DNA of 64,000 nucleotides from Planctomycetota bacterium (GTDB taxonomy: Bacteria > Planctomycetota > UBA8108 > SXIK01): positions 2,912,001 through 2,976,000 of the forward strand of contig OZ244999.1 of assembly GCA_965223265.1 (NCBI GenBank). The letters run 5' to 3'. The position numbers were made by a program, and so were the translations under genes. Every line of letters starts with the position of its first letter. Within the stretch, counting starts at the first letter, position 1. Below, in pieces: positions 10,030-22,573 of this stretch. The notes under the pieces are model-generated. The model was given only the letters and a program-made list of their open reading frames with translations, was not told the DNA's origin and ran no database searches.

Positions 10030-10034
10030 CTCGG

Positions 10035-11321
10035 CTACCAGTAGCGCATCGCGTCGCGAAACATCGCTGTGAGGTCCTTCGCTTCAGCAGCGCGGGGCGA
10101 GAGCTTTGTGACGCGGTGCTGCGGTAGGGTACCTTCCACAAGTGACGGAATATCTCGCTCCTCATAGCCGATCGCGCCTAATCCATTGGGGAGTTCGAGT
10201 CGGCGCATCAGTTCGATGATCTTCGTAGCGAGTAGCTCACCGGCATCGGCAAGCGGGACCTGATTCGTATCCGCCCCAAGAGCTGCCGCTGCTTCCAGAT
10301 GGCGTTCGGCACACGCCGGGGCGGTGTAGCGGAACACTGCAGGCGCGTTCAAGATGACCGAGATTCCATGCGGCACGATCGAGTGGTCGGTGGGGTAGCC
10401 GGGTGGATGGAAATCACGGACCAAGCCTGAAACCGGATACGACATTCCATGGCAAAGGTGGACACCGGCGTTGCCAAACCCGACCCCGGCGTAGGCGGCG
10501 GCGAGAAGCATCTGTCCACGGGCCTCTTCGTCCTCGGGCGACTCGACGGCGCGGACAAGATAGCGGCGAACGATGCGAAGCGCCTCCAGCGACCAAAGGT
10601 CGCTCATTGGGTTGGATCCCTGATAGGCCGGGCGTTCGATTGGTCGGGCAGGCCGGGGGCGCGTGTCGAATCTTCGTGCGGTGTACGATTCGATCGCATG
10701 AGCCAGAACGTCCAGCCCGCCGGACGCGGCAACGAGCTTCGGCATACTCCGCGTGTTTTCGGGATCGACGACACCAAGCAGCGGTTTCAGATAGCGGTGT
10801 GCGATTCCTGTCTTGGCGTGCAGTGGCGAGTAGTCGAAGATTGCGACACCCGTTGTCTCGCTGCCCGTACCGGCGGTCGTCGGTACCGCGATCAGTGGCG
10901 GCAGCGGACCGGGAACGGGCTTTCCTTTGCCGATGGGAGCGTTGACGTAGTCGAGAAAGTCGGCGGGATACACTGAATAGAGATTCGCCGCCTTGGCAGT
11001 GTCGATCGAGGACCCCCCGCCGACAGCGATGAACGCATCGAACCCGCCTGCGCGGGCGACTTCGATTGCATCCTGGAAGGATTGATCTGTCGGCTCAATG
11101 CGGACGCGATCGTACACCTCGAAATCGAGCCCCTCGGTCGAAAGCGAGGCCGTGACTTTCTCTACCGGCGATAACTTCGCAACTCGTGAATCCGTTACCA
11201 CGAGGACTCGGCGACTGCCTAAGTCGCGCAGGTCCATGCCGACTTCGCGAGTGACGCCCGGGCCGTAGCGGATACTCGACGTCGCCATCTCGAACGCGGT
11301 GTCATTGGTCATCCTGTTCAC
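10035..11321 (-). CDS. Hydroxyacid-oxoacid transhydrogenase (Fe-ADH family, ADHFE1-like)
   Basis: GGGSSIDTAK, PTTAGTGSETT, RPAYQGSNP, GVHLCHGMSYPV, VPHG iron-ligand motifs. Confidence 0.9.
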   Translation of the reverse strand: MNRMTNDTAFEMATSSIRYGPGVTREVGMDLRDLGSRRVLVVTDSRVAKLSPVEKVTASLSTEGLDFEVYDRVRIEPTDQSFQDAIEVARAGGFDAFIAVGGGSSIDTAKAANLYSVYPADFLDYVNAPIGKGKPVPGPLPPLIAVPTTAGTGSETTGVAIFDYSPLHAKTGIAHRYLKPLLGVVDPENTRSMPKLVAASGGLDVLAHAIESYTARRFDTRPRPARPIERPAYQGSNPMSDLWSLEALRIVRRYLVRAVESPEDEEARGQMLLAAAYAGVGFGNAGVHLCHGMSYPVSGLVRDFHPPGYPTDHSIVPHGISVILNAPAVFRYTAPACAERHLEAAAALGADTNQVPLADAGELLATKIIELMRRLELPNGLGAIGYEERDIPSLVEGTLPQHRVTKLSPRAAEAKDLTAMFRDAMRYW

Positions 11322-11637
11322 TCCGAGTCACGTGGCAATCGTTGAGGTTTTTGTCTGCTGTCAGGTTTCAGCTGAACGAGGGAAAACACCCAGCAACCAC
11401 GCCGCGGCTCCCGGCGCTCACTGGTTGAACACTCCCCTTGCCACATGATGCCTCGACTGAGTGACGATGGGTACCTCTTCCTTGGAGCTCGTAAAGTGAC
11501 GCGCGCGGTCGCTAGGGGCGTTTCTGTGCTGTGGCACTATTGACTGAGAGGTCTCTGTGTGATTTTTTGACGGTTTGACGGCGCAAAAGTCTTTTTTCGT
11601 GCCAGCGCCGTGACGACGCAAACGAACAGCCAACCGC

Positions 11638-12912
11638 ATGAACAGATCCGGATCGCCCCGTTCACACTCGCAATCGACACTAGCCGACCTTCTTGGGCCG
11701 CATGCATTGCGCGCGTGGGCTTTTGCGGTAGTGCTGGCTTGGTCGGGCATCATGGGCTGCACGGGGACGCGTCAGGGTCCCACAGGTGGGGGGCGCGAGT
11801 CAGTACTGTCCGCCGACGACTTGTTGGTTTACTTCGGCACGTACACTCGTGGCGATAGCAAGAGTGAAGGGGTCTACATCTACGCGTTTGACGTCGCGAG
11901 CGGTTCTCTCAATCAACTCGGCGTTGCAGCTGTCGACGACAGCCCATCGTTTGTTGCGATTCACCCTACCGGACAGTACCTGTATGCCGTCAATGAGATT
12001 GCCGAATTCGAAGGCAAGAAGAGCGGTACTGTGAGCTCCTTCTCCATCGACTCGGGCACCGGCATGCTAACGTTCTTGAATCGGCAACTTTCAGGCGGTA
12101 GCGGGCCGTGCCATCTCGTCGTCGATGGCTCGGGTCGATCCGTCCTGGTGGCAAATTACGGCGGCGGGAGCGTAGCGGCTCTGCCGATCCGAGAGGACGG
12201 TAGCCTTGGAGATGCAACGTCGTTCATTCAGCACGAGGGCTCCAGTATCACCCCTCGCCAGCGCGGACCACACGCACACTCAATCAACGTCGACAACTCC
12301 AATCGTATGGTGGCTGTGGCCGACCTTGGACTCGATCAGGTGCTGCTGTATCGCTTCGATTCCGAGATCGGGCGGATGACGCGAAATCATCCGGCGTTCG
12401 TCGCTTTGGAGCCGGGCGCCGGGCCGCGTCACTTCGCGTTTCATCCGAATGGGACGAACGCCTATGTCATCAATGAGCTCGACTCGACGGTCACCGTTTT
12501 TTCCTACGATCAGATCGCCGGATCACTGACCCCGCGGCAGACGGTCGTCACGTTGCCGCCAGACTTCGTCGGCGAGAACTCAACTGCGGAGATTCAGGTC
12601 CATCCGAGCGGACGTTTTGTGTACGGTTCCAATCGTGGTCACGACAGCATCGTCGTTTTTCGTGTCGTTCCTGCGACCGGCGAGTTGATTCGCGTTGAGA
12701 ACGAGCCGACGTTGGGAGCCACGCCACGAAACTTTGGGATCGATCCGTCAGGGCGGTTCCTTTTGGCTGCGAACCAAGGGAGTGACTCGGTGGTCGTTTT
12801 TCGGATCGACGAAACCTCTGGCGAGCTCACTCCGACTGGAGAGCGTGCGTCGTTGCCGTCCCCTGTGTGCGTCAAGTTTCTAGATCGATCGACCGTTCCG
12901 GCGAAGCGATAA
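11638..12912 (+). CDS. pgl: Lactonase family beta-propeller (6-phosphogluconolactonase type), probable lipoprotein
   Basis: YFGTYT, ANYGGG, PHAHS, GAGPRHF, SNRGHDS, PRNF, ANQGSD; lipobox-like IMGC. Confidence 0.8.
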   Translation: MNRSGSPRSHSQSTLADLLGPHALRAWAFAVVLAWSGIMGCTGTRQGPTGGGRESVLSADDLLVYFGTYTRGDSKSEGVYIYAFDVASGSLNQLGVAAVDDSPSFVAIHPTGQYLYAVNEIAEFEGKKSGTVSSFSIDSGTGMLTFLNRQLSGGSGPCHLVVDGSGRSVLVANYGGGSVAALPIREDGSLGDATSFIQHEGSSITPRQRGPHAHSINVDNSNRMVAVADLGLDQVLLYRFDSEIGRMTRNHPAFVALEPGAGPRHFAFHPNGTNAYVINELDSTVTVFSYDQIAGSLTPRQTVVTLPPDFVGENSTAEIQVHPSGRFVYGSNRGHDSIVVFRVVPATGELIRVENEPTLGATPRNFGIDPSGRFLLAANQGSDSVVVFRIDETSGELTPTGERASLPSPVCVKFLDRSTVPAKR

Positions 12913-13024
12913 TGCAGCTCAGAGGGAGATCTCAGAGCGTAGATCTTTGCGCCAACGGTCCGGCTGTGCTGTTGCGAGGATCCCGATCGATGAGTGGCCA
13001 GCACACGCCGGCCCGAGATGAAAA

Positions 13025-13063
13025 CAACGCCCGCAAGAGGTAGACGACCTCGTGCGGGCGTTG
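13025..13063 (-). terminator. Intrinsic terminator-like hairpin between convergent genes
   Basis: CAACGCCCGCA-A-GAGGT/ACCTC-G-TGCGGGCGTTG stem; adjacent AAAA gives a short U-tract on the minus strand. Confidence 0.55.
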
Positions 13064-13227
13064 AGTAAAAGAGAGCGGAAGTCCGCGGGAGGATGGGGGA
13101 GTACGTCTGGAGCCAACGTGAGCAATCACCTGACCCACATCGCTTTCCTCCGCTCTCTTCAGTTGGTTCACGCTGAGTTTCTGCTGTGGCTTGCCTCCTT
13201 TACGTTTCGAATACGACGTTTCCGTTC

Positions 13228-15129
13228 CTACTCGAGGACTTCTTGGAGCTCTGCAGCGAAATCACTTTCGTTGCCGAACTCGTCATACGCGGTCACCGAG
13301 AGGAAGTAGGTTCCAGCCGGTAGATCGTCGAGAGTGGCCTCGTTGACATTGCCGACGTCGGTGACATGCGAATAATCACCCGGCGCTTGCCCGTCGTAGA
13401 CCTTGAATCCTGCCAAGTCAGACAGTGGCAATCCGTTGTTGTCGGTTTCGGGTGGATCCCATTGCAAGCGAATCGAGCGGACGACCGGCAGACTTGCGGA
13501 GGCGATAGCGGAGAATCCAGACTCGTTTCCCGTCTCATCGATGGCGGTCACAGCGTACTGGTACTCGATACCCGCTTCGGCTGTTTTATCGCTGTGGCTT
13601 GTGGTCTCCAGTCCACTCGCCAGGAGATCGAAACTGGCTCCCGTGGAGCGGTAGATCGAGTAGGACGACCAGTCGGCTGCGGAGCTCTCATTCCAGGAGA
13701 TTTGGATGGAACCACCAACGATGCTGGCAGTGACTCCGTCGGGAGCCGGCGGCGGTTGGCTGTCAGGCAGCATGGCCGCGGCTTCGTTCGAGTGTCCAGA
13801 GGAGTTTCCGGAGGCGTCGACGGCAATCACCACGTAGAAATGAGTCACGCCTACCGCCGCGTCGCCGTCGGTATGGTTCGTCGTTTTGACGTCGCTGGCC
13901 AGTACGGAGAAGCCACTGCCCGAAGTGAGGGAGCGCAGTATCTTGTAGCTCGCAACGTCCTCGGCGGTGCTCGCCTGCCAAGAAAGCGTGATCCTACCAT
14001 CCCCCGTCGAGGCGACCAGCCCAGTGGGGGCGACCGGCGGTTCGGTGTCGATGACCGTAGCCGAAACAGCTGTTGACGGCGGCGAACGGTTGGACGACAC
14101 GTCGATGGCAACGACCGTGTAATAGTACGTCGTACCACTCAATACGTCTTTGTCGTGATACGTGTTCGTCGTTTGCGCCGAGATGACATGGTATCCAATC
14201 TCTGGGTTCACGGAGCGAAGTAGTTCGTAGCTCGTCACGTCGCTCTCTGAGCTCCGCTGCCATGAGAGCACGACCTCGCTACTACCAGCGTCGGCAGTCA
14301 GACCCGACGGGGCAGACGGGGCATCCAGGTCGAGCGGTTGAGCGGAGACCTCCAATGAGCGGCTGGATTCGTTGCCCGTCAGATCGCTCGCTGTAATGAC
14401 ATAGAAGTAGGTGGTACCGTTCTCGACCTTGTCGTCGACCAGCCCTGGCGTTGACAGATTTGCCGCGATCGCGCTGAACGATGAACCAGATTGCGACGAG
14501 CGGTAGACGGTGTAACCGGCGAGGTCGGATTCGCCGTTGCGATTCCAGGCAAGTTCGACGGCGGAGTTCTTGCCAATAGCAACGGCACCGGTCGGCGCCG
14601 CTGGCGCGGTTGTGTCCGGCTCCGGCTCCGGCTCTGGCTCAGGCTCCGGCTCAGGCTCCGGTTCCGGCTCAGGTGTGTCCACCCGCTCGAAACGTACGGC
14701 GTCTGCACAAGTTCGGTGCGATCGGCGCGCCGAGAGGATGACCCGCGAATCTGAGTCCAGGTCGAATTCACCGAGGAGGTTCCAGGTGTCGCCGTTGCGT
14801 CGTTGGTTGAGCCGGAAGTCGTGGATCGCACCGGCCGTACCATAGATGACAACGGGCACTCGGTGGGACAAGCCGCTGACGGACGTCCACCGCATTTCAA
14901 CGCGGTATTTTCCAGGCTCGAGCTGCGGCGCGAAAGTGAACTTGCCGCTATTCCCATACGCAGCGTCGCCGCCGTAGGGGGAGCCCTCAGACGAAATCTC
15001 CCACGCCGACGACGATGCTGACGCGTCGGGCGAATTGTTATCGATGACGGTGACTTGAGACTGCACCCCTGTAGTGAGGGCGGTCGAGACCGCAGCCACC
15101 AGCAGAATTGTGCGCCGAAAGCTGTTCAT
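13228..15129 (-). CDS. Secreted fibronectin type III repeat protein with N-terminal golvesin/CBM-like domain and PE linker
   Basis: Signal peptide; VIDN...GKYRVEMRW...NQRRNGDTWNLLG...ADAVRF domain; (PE)9P linker; five FN3-like repeats (L.W...DLAGY.VYRS...Y.VTA.D.SGNES). Confidence 0.85.
   Translation of the reverse strand: MNSFRRTILLVAAVSTALTTGVQSQVTVIDNNSPDASASSSAWEISSEGSPYGGDAAYGNSGKFTFAPQLEPGKYRVEMRWTSVSGLSHRVPVVIYGTAGAIHDFRLNQRRNGDTWNLLGEFDLDSDSRVILSARRSHRTCADAVRFERVDTPEPEPEPEPEPEPEPEPEPDTTAPAAPTGAVAIGKNSAVELAWNRNGESDLAGYTVYRSSQSGSSFSAIAANLSTPGLVDDKVENGTTYFYVITASDLTGNESSRSLEVSAQPLDLDAPSAPSGLTADAGSSEVVLSWQRSSESDVTSYELLRSVNPEIGYHVISAQTTNTYHDKDVLSGTTYYYTVVAIDVSSNRSPPSTAVSATVIDTEPPVAPTGLVASTGDGRITLSWQASTAEDVASYKILRSLTSGSGFSVLASDVKTTNHTDGDAAVGVTHFYVVIAVDASGNSSGHSNEAAAMLPDSQPPPAPDGVTASIVGGSIQISWNESSAADWSSYSIYRSTGASFDLLASGLETTSHSDKTAEAGIEYQYAVTAIDETGNESGFSAIASASLPVVRSIRLQWDPPETDNNGLPLSDLAGFKVYDGQAPGDYSHVTDVGNVNEATLDDLPAGTYFLSVTAYDEFGNESDFAAELQEVLE
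14617..14673 (-). repeat. Coding hexamer repeat encoding (PE)9P linker
   Basis: Imperfect CCGGAG/CCTGAG units in frame within the FN3 gene. Confidence 0.9.
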
Positions 15130-15504
15130 GACAAAACACCTTTGAACGAGTCAACCCTAGTCACGACGAAGCGAAGGATTCGTGGACTTCTCCTCGTCAC
15201 CTGCCCGGCCCGAACGCTTCGCGGCCGTTCACTCGAGCACCACTCGCGAGTCGTGTGCCAGTGTTTGCGTCCCAGGCCTTAACCAACCCGCTTTGAAGGA
15301 ATTACACGCCGGTGCGCAGGTCATGCGGGCGCGAATTGGCACAGCCGTTTATTACACGCTGTGGAGCCTTTACTCGTCGCAGTAGGGGAATGTTCGCGAA
15401 CATCACACTACTCGATCATGTTCGGCGTCATTTAGGGGGTATTTAGGGAAGAGTTTGTGATCGCCCCCCCCACGCCCTGGACTCACGAACGGCCAACTCG
15501 AGGG

Positions 15505-16800
15505 TCAGATCACCATGCCCGCTGCGACGGTGGTGTTCGAGAAGGCGTCGACCAAGATGACGCTCCCCGTGAACCGGTTGCGTCGATAGGAGTCGACGAA
15601 GAGCGGGTTCGAGGTTCGAACCTGGATGCGGGCGATGTCGTTGAGCTCGATCGCTGGCTGATCCTCGATCTTGTGGAGCGTGTTGATGTTCATCTTGTAG
15701 CGCACTTCCTTGACGAGACACTTCATCTCTCGACTGGTGTGACGCAGCGTGTATTTCTTCCCGAGCTGCAGCTTATCTCTCTCGGAGAACCAGCACACCA
15801 TCAGTTCGAGATCCTGCGTGATCTTCGGATGATTGTTGGGCTTCGCAATGAGGTCGCCACGGCTGATGTCGAGTTCATCTTCCAGCGTCACGGCAACCGA
15901 CATCGGAGAGAACGCTTCATCGAGGTCGCCGTCGATTGTGTGAATGCCTTTGATGCGTGACGTAAATCCTGAGGGCAGGACAAGAATCTCGTCTCCCACC
16001 TTGAAGACTCCCCCGCAAACGCGACCCGCAAAGCCGCGGAAATCGTGGAATTCGTTCGATTGAGGTCGGATCACCCACTGGACGGGCAGGCGCGCATCGA
16101 CGTGATTGTATTCGTTCCCGATGTACACCGTCTCAAGAGTGTAGAGAAGAGTTGTTCCCTTGTACCACGGCATGTTGGTAGAAGGTTCAACGACATTGTC
16201 ACCGTGCAGCGCGCTGATGGGGATGAACTTGATGTCGGCGACGTCGAGGCGTGATGCGAAGTTTTTGAACTGCTGTACGATTTCATCAAAGACTTCTTCC
16301 CGGTAGTCGACAAGGTCCATTTTGTTCACGCAGACGACGATGTGCTGCAATCCGAGAAGTGAGGCGATGAACGAGTGGCGGCAAGTTTGTTCGACGACCC
16401 CTTTTCGCGCGTCGATCAGGATGATCGCCAAGTTAGCGGTTGACGCCCCGGTCACCATATTGCGTGTGTATTGAATGTGACCGGGAGTGTCCGCAATGAT
16501 GAATTTTCGTCGCGGCGTCGCGAAATAACGATACGCCACATCGATCGTGATGCCTTGCTCGCGTTCGGCACGTAGCCCATCTGTGAGAAGGGCCAAGTTA
16601 GTGTAGTCATCGCCGCGCTGCGCGCTCGACTGTTCAATGGCGTCGAGCTGATCCTCGAAGATGGCTTTGCTGTCGAAGAGTAATCGCCCGATCAGCGTGC
16701 TCTTTCCGTCGTCGACGCTGCCTGCTGTCGTGAAGCGCAGCAGGTCCATGTCGAGATAGCTTTGGGCGTCCTGTTGGTCGGTCACGGGTTTTTGGCTCAT
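15505..16800 (-). CDS. cysN: Sulfate adenylyltransferase subunit 1
   Basis: LRFTTAGSVDDGKSTLIGRLL, GITIDVAYRYF, DTPGH, NKMD. Confidence 0.96.
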   Translation of the reverse strand: MSQKPVTDQQDAQSYLDMDLLRFTTAGSVDDGKSTLIGRLLFDSKAIFEDQLDAIEQSSAQRGDDYTNLALLTDGLRAEREQGITIDVAYRYFATPRRKFIIADTPGHIQYTRNMVTGASTANLAIILIDARKGVVEQTCRHSFIASLLGLQHIVVCVNKMDLVDYREEVFDEIVQQFKNFASRLDVADIKFIPISALHGDNVVEPSTNMPWYKGTTLLYTLETVYIGNEYNHVDARLPVQWVIRPQSNEFHDFRGFAGRVCGGVFKVGDEILVLPSGFTSRIKGIHTIDGDLDEAFSPMSVAVTLEDELDISRGDLIAKPNNHPKITQDLELMVCWFSERDKLQLGKKYTLRHTSREMKCLVKEVRYKMNINTLHKIEDQPAIELNDIARIQVRTSNPLFVDSYRRNRFTGSVILVDAFSNTTVAAGMVI

Positions 16801-16896
16801 TGATGATCGATGCAAAACTGACAGAGACGCGCCGCATGAAGCAGTCGTGAGGCGCAAGGAAAGCCCAGTGGCGCCTCGACCTGCGTCCAGCTGATC

Positions 16897-17802
16897 CTAG
16901 AAATATCCTTCTTTCTTGCGGTCTTCCATCGCGGTTTCGGAACGCTTGTCGTCCGCCCGTCCACCGCGCTCTGTCACACGTGCTGCAGCTACTTCCTGGA
17001 TGATGTCTTCGAGCGTCGAAGCTGACGACTCTACCGCTCCGGTGCAAGTCATGTCGCCAACCGTGCGGAAGCGTACCACCCTCTCTTCGACGGTCTCAGA
17101 TCCCTTCACTTCGATAAATTCCGAGTCAGCCAGCAGTACGCCAGCTCGATTGACTACACGCCGTCGGTGCGAGAAGTAGATCTCGGGAATCTCTAAGCCT
17201 TCCAGCGCTATGTACTGCCAGACGTCCATCTCCGTCCAGTTGCTCAGCGGAAAGATCCGGAAGTGCTCGCCGACGTTTTTACAGGCGTTGAATAGGTTCC
17301 ACAGTTCGGGGCGCTGATTTTTCGGGTCCCACTGGCCGAATTCGTCTCGGTGGGAAAAGAAACGTTCTTTCGCGCGGGCCTTTTCTTCGTCACGTCGTGC
17401 GCCGCCAAGAGCTGCGTCGAACTGAAACTCCTCGACAGCGTCCAAAAGGGTCGTTGTTTGCAAACGATTTCGACTCGCGTTCGGTCCCTTTTCTTCGACG
17501 ACGCGACCCTTGTCGATCGAGTCCTGTACGGTTCGAACGATCAGATTGGCTCCAAGCGATTCGGTGAGGCGATCGCGAAAGTCGAGCGTTTCCGGGAAAT
17601 TGTGCCCGGTGTCGATATGCAGAAGCGGAAACGGCAGTTTTGCGGGGTGGAACGCTTTTTGTGCCAATCGCACCATCACGATCGAGTCTTTGCCGCCGGA
17701 GAACATGAGCGCCGGTCGCTCAGTCATCGCTGCCGTCTCGCGAAGGACGAAGATCGCTTCCGACTCGAGGTGCTTCAAGTGGGTCAGGTGGTACGCAGGC
17801 AT
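16897..17802 (-). CDS. cysD: Sulfate adenylyltransferase subunit 2
   Basis: FSGGKDS, GGARRDEEKARAKER, WDPKNQRPELW, C-terminal RKKEGYF. Confidence 0.97.
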   Translation of the reverse strand: MPAYHLTHLKHLESEAIFVLRETAAMTERPALMFSGGKDSIVMVRLAQKAFHPAKLPFPLLHIDTGHNFPETLDFRDRLTESLGANLIVRTVQDSIDKGRVVEEKGPNASRNRLQTTTLLDAVEEFQFDAALGGARRDEEKARAKERFFSHRDEFGQWDPKNQRPELWNLFNACKNVGEHFRIFPLSNWTEMDVWQYIALEGLEIPEIYFSHRRRVVNRAGVLLADSEFIEVKGSETVEERVVRFRTVGDMTCTGAVESSASTLEDIIQEVAAARVTERGGRADDKRSETAMEDRKKEGYF

Positions 17803-17806
17803 GACG

Positions 17807-18436
17807 CTATACAGGTTTTCGTGGTGAGATTTGCGGGAGGATAAAACTTTGGAGCTGCGTCATGCTTGACTCGACACTTGCTTCGTTGGTACTGACGACG
17901 AGCTCGGGCGCTTCTCCAGGCTCGAATCCCGAGTCTTTGCCGGTGAAGTCTTTGAGTCCGCCTTGACTTGCTTTCGCGTAGAGGCCTTTGACGTCTCGCT
18001 GTGCGCACGTCTCAAAAGGACAGTCGACGAAGATCTCGATGAAAGAGGATCCAATGATCGCCCGAGCTTGAGCGCGCATCGATTTCTTCGGCGTAATGCA
18101 AGCGACGAGAGTGACGATTCCAGCGTCGCAAAACAGCTTCGCTACTTCCGCGACACGGCGGATGTTTTCGGTCCGCTCTGCGTCCGAAAAGCCAAGATCA
18201 CTGTTGAGACCTGTGCGCACGTTGTCGCCGTCGAGAAGAGCCGTATGGAAATCCCGTTGGTGGAGTTCGTGCTCGAGCCTCGTCGCGAGGGTGCTCTTAC
18301 CAGAACCCGACAGACCGTAGAACCACAAAACCTTGCCGCACTGGTGGAAACGTTCCTCTTTGCTCCTGCGCGAGACGGCAGCGCTGGTCACTGGGAAGAG
18401 ATTCGCCGTCTTTGGTCGGCGCTTGGTCTCGCTCAT
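17807..18436 (-). CDS. cysC: Adenylyl-sulfate kinase
   Basis: GLSGSGKST P-loop, LDGDNVR, RDVKGLY. Confidence 0.95.
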   Translation of the reverse strand: MSETKRRPKTANLFPVTSAAVSRRSKEERFHQCGKVLWFYGLSGSGKSTLATRLEHELHQRDFHTALLDGDNVRTGLNSDLGFSDAERTENIRRVAEVAKLFCDAGIVTLVACITPKKSMRAQARAIIGSSFIEIFVDCPFETCAQRDVKGLYAKASQGGLKDFTGKDSGFEPGEAPELVVSTNEASVESSMTQLQSFILPQISPRKPV

Positions 18437-18650
18437 TGCTTCAATCCTGGATGGGCTCCGTCGCAGCAGAATCATGCATTAACGCACGTAAAGGCTTTGA
18501 AGTCAACGCCTTAGAGGTCTTTCTCAGGTGCTCCTTAAGTCGTTCAACCCGGGCGTGATAGGTTTTTAGCTCTGGCGCTGTCGAGGTATACTCCTAGGCT
18601 TCTCAAAAGTTAGCATAGACCTGAACAACACCCCCCGCAGAGAGCTGCCG

Positions 18651-22331
<3,681 letters not shown>

Positions 22332-22573
22332 ACGTCGAGGCGTGCGTCAGGCTGTCACGAAGACTCACGCGTCGAGCTGCAGGTGCCCAGGCGACCTAGC
22401 GAACCTCAACGCCTCCAAAGGGAATGGTTGAGGTTGAAAGACGAAGAGCGATCGATCGCGGCGTTTGGATACGCCGCGGTACACGGAGCGTACTTCGCTG
22501 TAGGTGAGCGTTGCCGACGCGGTTCGACCGTCGTTCCCGATGCGCTATCGCCGAGCTCAGTCGTTTGCCGCTG

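Noticed and set aside
15337-15353. Sigma-54-like TTGGCAC (also near 49587)
   Set aside because: No -12 TTGC and wrong orientation for the adjacent genes
18437-18650. Possible SAM/cobalamin riboswitch before metH or cysC
   Set aside because: No conserved riboswitch motif recognised by eye
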